Shown here piece after piece: positions 39,032 to 50,200 of a stretch of DNA of 64,000 bases (the first letter of the stretch is position 1; every line of letters begins with the position of its first letter). The notes under the pieces were generated by a model. The model was not told the DNA's origin. It ran no database searches and saw nothing but the letters and a program-made list of their open reading frames with translations. This DNA comes from Oikopleura dioica (taxonomy: Eukaryota > Animalia > Chordata). The stretch is taken from contig OU015566.1 in assembly GCA_907165135.1 (NCBI GenBank), positions 434,001-498,000 on the forward strand, written 5' to 3'. A program made the translations under genes and the position numbers.

Positions 39032-40959
39032 GATCGTTTGCCTTGTTTTGAACAGAATAAACTGAAGAAATGATGCATATAACGCGGTTATATAGTTTCG
39101 CTGTGACTAAATTCCTGGAATTTCAGCGTTCGAGAGAGAATAACACCGGTTAAAAATGCTCTTTTGAAGAAAACAAGATTGTTCTAGAATCGAACCAATA
39201 AAACAAAATTAATCAAAACGAAAGTCAAAATTTCGAATGAAGCCGCAAGACCATAGTTAAAATTTTAACCTTTTTATCTTTGAAATACGCCCGAAAACCG
39301 CCTGCGCCGGCGCAAGTAAAATTACACTTTAACTATTCCGAGTCGGAATTTCCGACTGTAACTTGCTAGTTGTATAGTAATCACGCATAACAGCTATGGT
39401 AAGAGGAATATTCCCGAGCACGCGCGATAACTATACTATGGATAACTCTTAGCGGCCTTAGAGTCAAGGTTACCGTTTGGGTAGTATGTAAGCAAGTGCT
39501 CATTACCTACACACTACCTAGGGGAAATATAAATGAGCTTATTCTAGGGATGGAGGGTGGGTGAGAGTTTTGAGAGTTGCATAATTCTCGGCTTCGCGAG
39601 TTTGGATACTCTCAAAATTCTCTTAACTTTTCCCCTAAGAATATTATAGCCCTTGGCTATAATTTTCGGAACTGGTTTGCGTGAGTACCGGACAGCCGCT
39701 TAAATGACTCGCTCTCTTACGCCCGTATCACCTCCCACTTCTTTTCTGGGTCATGGCGCTGTCGTTCCCCTGGTTGCTTATCCGAGTCTACTGGCGCTTG
39801 AACTGATAATCCGAATACTATATTCGAAAAAGTTTCTAGAACAAAGACTCACTCCCGTGGCTGGAGTCCCGCCGTTAACGCGCCTCACTTGGATCCTTGG
39901 GCCTCACCCTAATAACAGACTCTCAGCAAAATTCTTAACTCTAGCCTGGTCTCAGAAGTATGTAGCAATGAAGTATTACTTCATTACTACATGCAGTTCT
40001 AGAGATAAATTTATTTTGGAAAATTAGCCATTTTTTGCTTTATTTTTTCAAAAGAGACGTCTCAATTTTTTCTCGAGTTATCTATGTCTCTTTTCTTATT
40101 TTGTTGGCAGTGGATGGTAGCAAAGTCGTTACTACATACTACTTACTACAATTTTCTGAGTAATGGTAGTATGTAGTAGCCGTTTTTGGAAACCGAGGTA
40201 ATAATGTAGTTATGAAGTAGAGGTATTACAGGCACCACCAAAAATTCTGTACACCCAAAATTCTGTACATTTTGGGGAAAATTGAAAACAAATTATTTTT
40301 CAAAAGATTTTATATTTTCAGGGTGATATAACTTCTTTAAAAAAAATGAAGTAATTTTTGGAAAAATATGTCCAACAATTTTATCAAAAATGTCAAAAAA
40401 ATTTGATATATGCTTATAAAAATGTTCCATCCAAATCGTTGAAAATTTTTTTTTCTTCGAGGAGAAATCTGATCGACCTTAAATGAAAAAAAAAAATTCC
40501 TAGGGCACGGGATCAACCTTAACTTAAATTTTTTAAGAAAAAAAATATTTTTGACAAGAAAACATAAGAACTGACAAAAAGCTAAGATATACAGTTTCGC
40601 GAAGAAAATGTCGAAAAAGTCCATTAAAAACTGTTCCCTTAGGTTTTGAAAAATATTTTTTGTTTGTTATTTTAAAGCTTTACCCCCATCGGCCAAAATG
40701 ACTAGAATGGACGTCTTGGATTTTTATATTTCTCGATTGCCCCAAGAAGGGATGATATTTTTCGTTGTTTTAGACCTCTATCGTTGAAAAATTCGTATGC
40801 TTGAATGTTACCAAAAAGATATGGCCAAATAAAAATTGTTCAAAATGGACGCTGGGGGTTAAGACACTTATAATCTTGAGACAATTGACTTGACTTTATC
40901 TTATAATAAAAATTGCTCTTAAAGACATAATTATTTTTAGATATTGATTATCGTAGAAA

Positions 40960-41005
40960 TTTATTGGCAAGCTTTCGAGTTAACGCCATCATCAGCAGGG
41001 TTGGC
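40960..41005 (-). ncRNA. Degenerate hammerhead-like motif (possible solo PLE pseudo-LTR relic)
   Basis: Minus strand CTGATGA-TG-GCGTTAACTC-GAAA-GCTT-GCC-AATAAA. The core, AGCT palindrome and polyA signal are in the same order as at 33621, but stems I and II are imperfect. Confidence 0.45.
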
Positions 41006-41286
41006 CAAAAAAAAAGAGATGGTCCTTCCGTTTCCTTTAAACTTTCCTAGGTTTGTTTATTTTGGTACATTTAAAAAATATTTTCAAAAATAATAATAAA
41101 TAATAATAAATTATTTTATAAATAATATAATAAATTTTTAAATATGCTGTACTGCGAATGGCAACTTAAAAGTTAAAAGGCCATTATTGTTCAAGATAAT
41201 TCGAAATAGACAAATTTATTCTTGAAGCAACTCAGTATCAAAAAGATAAAACTGATACAGAAACTTAAAGCCACTTGGAATCAAAA

Positions 41287-44200
41287 TCAATTAAAAGCAG
41301 TTATAACTTCTTTGCCAGTAGCTCGGACGAGGACTGCTCGACAAATGTTTTTAGTCAAAGAGTCAAGAAATCGCATAAAGTGACGTTCAGTTTCTTCGTC
41401 GTGATCAATTGGGAAGGGTGGCATGTTGATGAAGACAAGATCCGAAGAAGCGGAATGCTTTTGAATAAGTCGATTTAGACCAGATGCCTCATGAATTTTC
41501 TTAAAAATAATCTTTTATCAAAGCATTTTCATAAAGCCTTAACTCTCATGACGGTAGCTCTCGGTTTAAGTTTTTTAAAACTTGAGATAGCACTGTTCAT
41601 AATACTTGTTCTTGCGACATTCATCACATGATCAATGTCTCTTGCAACCGTCTTTCGCGAGGGGCTTTCCGATGTTGCATAAGCATCTGTGTCCTCATCA
41701 CTGATTTCAACGATGTTCACTGAATATTTTATGTTAATTAACTTCGGCAATAATGCATATAATGAGTTGAGTTTCCATCATTTTATTGGGGAGTCACTTA
41801 ATAGCGCCGCCTTGCGCCGCCCAGTCCTGCTTCAAATTTTTCTTATCGAAGATTTTCGGCGTTTCAATGATGATTTTTTTCTGTTTTCTTATCAAAACGT
41901 TTATTCTCGTATATTTGAATAATCTGACCACCAGAAAAAAGAATACTTATAATTTAGGGTGTAATTATTGGGAGTCTAAATTATCTCCAGATTTCGCATA
42001 AAATCATCAATTTATTAAGCAAGCGACGGGCCAAAGGCCCTTACGCGCGCATTTTCTGGTAAAGAACTCATTGGGTTGGCGGGGCCCAACTTTCGCTCTT
42101 GTTCTGATCATTTAGTTTGGTCAGGATTTGGTCAAGGCGGCGCAAGGCGGCGCTATTCAGTACCCCCCTTTTATTGTGTTGAACGTTTTCGAGCAAAGCT
42201 CTTCATCAGAACACTAGGAGAAGGTAGAAACATAAGGAACAGAAAGGAAGAGTTAACCTGTAAAATTGTGCGGATGGGACTGACTCAAATTTTCTAGGTG
42301 CCAAAGACTTGGACAAAAAAACAGAACGTCTAGAGAATTTTTACGTGCGCCGCAGGGGCAAAAATGACAGGGGCACCGGAGTGCGCACGTAAAAGCCCCA
42401 TGTGACATGGGCCATGTCAGTTTTACACAAAGAGAACGGCCTTATGAGCGACTTGTTTATTCAAAATTGGAGATTGTAGCTTAATTTCAAGTGCTTCTGT
42501 TTGTTTTCTTTCTGTGAAAGGTAAATTTCGATGAAGTACCGAAAATCTCGATCGGAGGAACTGAGCTTTAATTGAAGGTTTGGTAGCACCCGGTAGCGCA
42601 TTTAGACCGGTCTCATATTGGTCACATTCATTGATATGCGGGTAAATGGCGGTATTTCCACTCGATTGCCCATGTTGCTCGATTCGGGCTTGGAGATTTT
42701 CACTTTCGCCGATGTAACTATTATGGCAAAGGCATTGAAATTTATACACGCAATTAACTGCTTTCAAGGGATCTGTTTTCGAATACAGATTATTTAAAAT
42801 CGTGTTTCGGATTGTAATCGTCTTGGAAGCGACAAGAACATTGTATTTCGGAGCGATTTCATGAAAAATATTTTTGATATTTTTAATAACCCGGCGCACT
42901 TTAAAATCCGTGAATGGGACTAAAAGGGAAAAATTTCTATCGGGTCGTTCTTGCTTTTCAAGTGCCCAGTCTATCATCTTTGGTCTAGGATTTTCTGCCT
43001 GATCTCGAGCCGAATTGATTGCTGACATAGTGAAGCCGGAATCAAGGTTCTTTTTTATGATGATTTTGTGATCTTTACGCTTTTCAGCCTCGGTTGAATT
43101 TTTCATATTTGATCTCTGAAAATCCCCAATTATTAACTCATTTTTAAAGTTTTTCAGGGCAACGCCCGTGTTACAGTGCATTGTTTTCCCGAGCTTTTGA
43201 TTTCAAAAAAATTACTCCCTTCCGGGCAATGAAGTTTAAAATCCAAAAATTTGAGTTCTCCGTCGACTGGTAGGTCTGTCGTAAATTTCAAATTTGAATG
43301 GGCTTGTTGGAAGGCCTTGGTAACTTCTGCCCTGTTTCCGATGGGTGTGATATGGAGGAGATCATCCATAAATCTTTTGTAGGCAATAATTTTGCCCTGT
43401 TTTTGAAATTTTTCAACAATCGGTTTCTCGATCTTTGAAAGGAAAAAATTTGCTAGGATCGTAGAAAAGGATGCACCCATACTGAGGCCCTTTTACGTGC
43501 GCGCTCCGGTGCCCCTGTCATTTTCGCGGCGCACGTACAAATTCTTTAGACGTTCTGTTTTTTTGTCCAAGTCTTTGGCACCTAGAAAATTTGAGTCAGT
43601 CCAATCCGCACAATTTTACAGGTTAACTCTTCCTTTCTGTTTCTTATGTTTCTACCTTCTCCTAGCGTTCTGATGAAGAGCTTTGCTCGAAAACGTTCAA
43701 CACAATAAAATGATGGAAACTCAATTATAAAACGTCAACTTCAATATAATAATGAGTTGATACTTCTTACTCAAGAAATTAACTTAAAGACGACCACCCT
43801 CATCGGATTTTTCTTTCAATAACTGGAAATTTTTATAGACACCATGTTTTTGATTCTAAAGAATATAGCTTGTTTAATTCAACTTTCGTAGCGACTAAAC
43901 GCGAGGTCGAATCTTTTTTATTTCCAGAGCAAGCCTACTTAATAATGCACGAAAAACTCAATTCTGGTATTTTTCTTTAATTTTCACCTAAATTTTTCAA
44001 GAGTCTAGAGCGACTTGAAATCTTACGGTCGCGATTTCTAAAAATTTTTCCACTTATCCGCTAAAACTAAACCGTGTTCTCTGTTGTTATGGTGCTAAGC
44101 TAGAAAATTGAAAGAATAAAATTCTCAAACTCGGTCATATTTTCATTCTAGTATTCTTCTCTTTCTTGCTCTTGCTTTTCTTCCCTGCACGCTTTATCGC

Positions 44201-47200
44201 GTGCAGCCAATCAAAGCGCTCGCAAAAACACGCACTCTCTCCCGGAAAAGAGGAGGCGAGAGAGCGAGCAGCGAGCGCAGCGCTTTTCATAGCTTCCGCG
44301 CGCTGAGGTAGCCTTATGAAAATGGCTGTAAAATCGGTTTCTTTCGGATAAAGAGAAAACTCTACCGTCAATTTTGTAGATAAAGGTCTTGAAAACTTAT
44401 TTATCGAAAAAACTCGACCGATTAAGTGAAAATTTTTCGATGAATCGCGATCGTAAGATTTTAAATCGCTCTAGAGTAGGGTCGGCCCTTTTCTAGTGAT
44501 GACCGCGGACGACTCTGATATTTTGTGGATATGATGGAGAGTATTAACCTGGCAAAATTTGAGCCGCGTCCGCCAAGATCAACAATGGTACGCCAGAGGG
44601 TTAAAAATCAAAAAAATTTTTTTTTTCAATAAATCGGATTTTCCTTCAACAAGAAACCAAAAAAAATGCACAGACATAATTTTTCGAGGCAAAAAAAAGG
44701 AATGATTATAATTTTAAAATTTTGATTTTCGTAATTTGAAATTTAAAAGTAAATTAATAGATAAAAACCATAATAAATCGAAAAATAGGAATAAGTTTAA
44801 TTTTTATGAAAACGGGTGTGGGTGGGGTTGGGGACAAAACTGAGATTGATCACCTTAGAGTTTAAATCCTCTCTCAAGCCCCTTTCGAAGGGCCGTCAAG
44901 CCCCTTAAAATTAAAAATCAAGGAAGGGGGCTGAGACGGCCCGAAGGGCCGTCAAGCCCCTTGAAATTAAAAATCAAGGAAGGGGGCTGAGACGGCCCGA
45001 AGGGCCGTCAAGCCCCTTAAAATTAAAAATCAAGGAACGGGGCTGAGACGGCCCGAAGGGCCGTCAAGCCCCTTAAAATTAAAAATCAAGGAACGGGGCT
45101 GAGACGGCCCTTTCCATTTGAAAAATCTTGTTTGAAAAAGCAGTCTTTTATATTTTTCTTATTATTTTTGACTCAAAAAACGTATTTTTCATCCACCTGT
45201 TCGTGGAAAATTGAAAAAATTTTTGATTTTAACCCCCTGGGGTACCATTGTTGATCTTGGCGGACGCGGCCCAAATTTTGCCAGGTTAACACTCTCCCCT
45301 AGGCATCATATCCACAAAAAATGAGAGTCGTCCGCGGTCATCACGTGAAAAGGGCCGACCCTACTCTAGAGAGAAAAATTCGAGAGAAAATTCGAGAGAA
45401 AAATTTTTAAAAAAATACAGAAATCGAATTCTCCGTCCATTTTTAGGTAGGATTGTACGTGAAATGAAAAAGATCCGACCTCGCCTTTAGCCGCTACGAA
45501 AGTTGAATTTTACAGGATATATCCTATAATCTTAGTCGTCCCAATCTACATATATTTTGGAATTGTCATTAGGGAATAGACAAATCCCATGCTTTTTTGC
45601 AAATCTATCTCATTAAAAAATTGGCCTGAGTTTGTTTATCGCGTTCCACCTTATTTTCGTTATATTTTTACCGTCTGCGAAGATTCTCATTTCAGAGAGA
45701 TATTCAACAAGTGCATTACGCATAGCTTCGACATTGTCGGAAGAATCAGCTGTAATGAAAACGCGAAGCTTGGCTTTCTTTCTTTTTCCAATCAAGGACG
45801 CAAGAAGAATACTGATTCCTCCATCTTGTCGGATCCACCAGACATCGATATTTCTTTGCGAACCGTTTTTCTGTTCTTCAGTGTTCTTGGAGACAATCAA
45901 GGCGCAATCTCTCTCGGCAGCATGACGAGCAGTATTGAAGAATAATGAGTATTTTTTTCTGTTAGGGCGTTTATTTTTATATAACATTCAATTTTAAAAA
46001 ATTATGAGTCATATTATCAATAATAATTTGATTTACAAGACTTGGTAAAAATTTATATTTTAAAAACATAAATTTTGCAAGAATGAAAGATGAAACGCTT
46101 TTCTATTAGTTACAACTGTAGGGAAATTCAGAACAATACAGTTTGGCTTAAGACCACTGATTCCTATGCATTGACAGATGAGTGGAATGTTTTCGGCGAG
46201 TTTTGGCGAAACCTTAGAATAGTTAAAAGAATCTAGTCGAGGTGGTTGAAGGTCCCTAAATAGAGGACGCTCTTATATCCGAGCATAACCAGATAACCAA
46301 ATAGATACAAGATAATAAAAAAGAGCCAATTTACGATTTTGCGGAGAAGAATCACGATAAATGGTGTTGTTAAAATTTGAAATCGTACGAGGATGGCAAA
46401 ACTGTGGTAACGGGCTTTGAAATTGACAATTTTGAAATTAACGCCGGAGCGCATATCGACACAATTTTCGGTAACGCGACTTTAAGATCCTCGTAATTCA
46501 ACATTTACTTTGCACGAAAAAATAATGAACCATTTTGAAATATTTTAGCATTTGAACGAAATTTGCTAGTCGCATAGATTTATTCTATTTTAGCGTTTAA
46601 CTGTTTCAGCGTTTCAGTAATTCAGTTAACCATCAACATTATTGGCAGTCGAAAAGGGGCATATTTTTCAAACTTTAAATTTCAATTTACGACAAAATTT
46701 ATTTATATAGTTAATTTTTATTTTTCGCTTTTCATAAGTGCTGCGTAGCCGCATCCCTTGCCCGCAATTTTTCTATTTTTTTCTTTTTAGAAGAAGCAAA
46801 ATTTAGTGCACCCTTTATCCGCGCTTTATGAATAGGGAAACTCCTCCCATAACTGTACCAGAATTTATCGCTTCCCATTTCTTATTCATAGACTTTTTTT
46901 ACTTACTGCAATAGAACACTCGACTGGAACGATGTTCATCTTTTTAAATTTTTCTCGTAGGTCCATTTCAATATCGTCTTTATCCTCCGAGTAATCCTTA
47001 TATTTTCCAGGAATTAGTGTTTTGATAATCGTGAGACCTCTCCCCTCCTTCAATTGAGCCACGAATTCTAAATTTTTTTCCATTAGCACCCAAAGTCGAT
47101 TTAACCAAAATTAGATGCATTGTTGCGAAAATTCCATACATAAATTTATCAGGAAAATCTAAATTTATCCTATTCCAAATATGGTAGAAAATTCGTGCTC

Positions 47201-50200
47201 CCGCTCCCTCCCTGCTCCCTCACCCAGAACAAAGGGAGCTTTCTCGCAAAAAATCCGTGTTCATGCTCCCTCCCTGCTCCCAAAAAGGGGAGCTCCAAAT
47301 TTTGCTCACTTCTTTAAGTTTATCATTTTATAAAGTAAACTTTAAGTGACAACATCATCGTTGTTAAGTTATCATATAGCGATGATAAAAAACGTATAAA
47401 TAGGCAGTACTTTCAATGATAGAGGTTGACTTCAATGTTTTACTATTTGCGAATCTTCAGAATCAAAGATAAATTCATTCTATGGAATTTAAAAAACCAA
47501 ATCAATGTTAAATTTTGACAACTTATTTATATTTAATTTCTGAAGAAACATTTGAAAATCAAACAAATCAAATAACGTCTCTTCTAATTTAAATCTGCGC
47601 AAACGCTGTATCTTTATTTATAATTATGCTAATAATCTGAGAAAAATACATTATTCTGAAATTTTTAAAATCAAACTAGATGTATTTTTGATTATTTATT
47701 TATATAAAACTTTAAACGTTTTTGAAAATGTCGTATCAATAAAACGTCTTTTTTTTTTAAATGCTATAAAGTAAGCGTGTCCCATTTTTGGTGCGCATAT
47801 AAGATTCTAGACTAAAAATTGTTGATTTTTAAAATTTTTTTTAATGAGAAACTTGTGCCCCTGCTCACTCCGTGCTATCAAAAAAGGGAGCTTCCAGTGG
47901 GAGCTCCCAATTTTGCTCCCAAAAATTTCGAACTCTGCCTGAAATATCTCTTTTTTACCTTTAAAAACTTTTAAAAATCGAGAATAGAGTCTATTCAATA
48001 GACATGCTCAAATCTATGATCAAAATGAGGTAAAATGATCAGAATCTAATGCAGCTTGAGTACAGTTGAGCACAGGTACATTTTCGAAGATATCAGCTTC
48101 AAAAATATGTACCGAATTTTGGGTGTTCGCATTAGTTATATTTTTAAAAAACTTTACAGAAGAGCTTTTAAGCAACCATTTTGTTGCATCTTATTGCCTG
48201 TTTGAAAATATTAATTTTCTGCGCACCGAAAAATAGGAAACGCTTACTTTATAGTATTTTTCTGAGAAGAGACGTTTTTTTGACTAGATATATTAATTAA
48301 CGTCTCTTTTAATATTTCATATAAATATATAGCCAAAATAACATCTAGTTTGATTTTAATAGTTTCAACAAAATTTATTTTTCTCAGATAATGAGCATAA
48401 TTATTAATTGAGATACCCTTTTTTGGGAGCAGGGAGGGAGCAGGAGCACGGATTTTTTTACGAGGGAGCTCCCTTCTTTTCAGGGTGAGGGAGCAGGGAT
48501 TTTCTACCAGATTTCGAACTCTGTTTCGACCACTGTTTCTACGCTTTTTCCGGCTAAAAGCAAAAAAACTACCAAATAGCTCTGGATGTTTGATGGTTGA
48601 GGCAAGATCATCATCATCCAACTCATTGAAGACGAGCACTTGTGGTCGCCAGGATTTCGTGTGGCTTGACAGATGCTCGTTTAGTTGACACATTGCGCTA
48701 ATAGCTTATCAATGGTTGAAAATTTTACATAATGAAAATAACAAACTGTTTTAAAAAGCCCGAAAGATTGATGATGATTCTATTCTATCGACCATTGTCC
48801 TACGGTTGTGTACATTCCAGTGATTGAATCTCCCCACTCTTTTTTGCCACCAAAAACATTGACGCAAATGAAAATCGCACATGCAAGAAGCAAAATTATG
48901 AATGCGGCAGCCACATTCGTTATAAACATCAGAATCAAACAGCAAATACAGCCGACCAGAGAAATTGTCCAATGATAAAACTGAATAACAAGGTGAATAA
49001 GGCTCTCGAAAAAAGGTTTCCCTAAGGGTGACATGGCTTTTTAAAGTGGGGTTAGGAGGTTTCAAAAATTCAAGATGCTTTATGTTTATCAAGACCAATT
49101 TTTTTATGGTAAAATATTATTTGTTTTTGTAATAAGCAATTAAATTGGTACAAAAATACAAAAATTCTTAATAACAATGTATTTTCTGCGGATATCTATT
49201 CTGGAGAGACGTTTTTGCATCTCAAAAATAATCGTATGTTTCCTTTCAATATTTTTTGTTTAATGTGATAAGTCTTAACCTTTTTTGACCTTTATTGTTA
49301 TGGTCCATAAGTTATGGACCATAACTTATGATAACAACAACGAGAGTCGAGTCTCGAGCCAAGCTCGCAGAATCCGAAGCTGAGAGGCGAGCGCGAGCAC
49401 CAACTGCGAAGCGCGAGCTCATCAGTCAACTCGGAACTACAGCTCAGAATCAAAGTCGTGCTCGAAGTGAGACTTGCGAGCGAGTGCCCCTATAAAAGTA
49501 CCTGACCATGCCCATTTTCGCTCACTCTGGCCTTGCCCCAGAATCACAAATAAACACTCTTTTACGTCAAATTTAAAAGTAGTATGCTCACTTAGCAGGA
49601 ACTTAGCATATTACAACATTATAACAATGAAAAAAATGGAATTAGTGGAGCTAGCTCACATTCAGTTGAATCCGTCATTTTCAGGAGGAGTGGGAGTTGA
49701 ATGAGAGGGGTTAACCGAGGCTTTATCTGAATCAACGCCGAAACGCACAGCGACCAATTAATTTGTACAACGCTCTTCAATACCATTTCAATACATTTGG
49801 AAGTTTGCAAATTTACTCATATTAATGTTTTGATATCGGTATAATATAGGAATGAAATTGAAGCTTAGCGTCTGAGAATTATTCGTGCAAATCATTTATA
49901 CAGTGAGCTAATCAGTTTCATTGTTTAAAAGGGGTAAAAGGGGCATACCAATTAATTGGGATGATCTGCGTTCGACGTTGAAAATTTTTTATGCGTACCG
50001 GTGGTTTTAAAGCACCTCGATTTAATTTAAGGTGAGATGGGTTGGTTTAAAATCACCTCGAGATTTATCGAAGTCTGGTTAGGTGGGGTGCTTTTAGAAG
50101 AAATATTGAAAGAGCAAGATTGTGCAAAGGTGAGGTGATTGAGGTGGGGTTTTGTAAAATCTGGTCTGAAATTTTTCATTTTTGGTTATCGAGACTACCA

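Larger units (their letters stand above)
41767..43724 (-). mobile_element. 5'-truncated Penelope-like retroelement with inverted pseudo-LTRs, in KCC intron 41720-45671
   Basis: RT/GIY-YIG ORF remnant at 43489-42423 bracketed by about 230-bp inverted repeats (42169-42395 plus 41767-41788, versus 43490-43724). Each repeat has a hammerhead and AATAAA. Confidence 0.9.

Noticed and set aside
44887-45110. CRISPR-like array of palindromic repeats
   Set aside because: The units are contiguous and nearly identical with no unique spacers, and the context is a eukaryotic intron. It is a minisatellite.
46233-46500. Hydrophobic ORF (MRSGVNF...) as the missing KCC exon
   Set aside because: The matching exon (VSPKLAE...[15 protein letters not shown]) is 46212-46097. 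This ORF is intronic with no recognisable homology.
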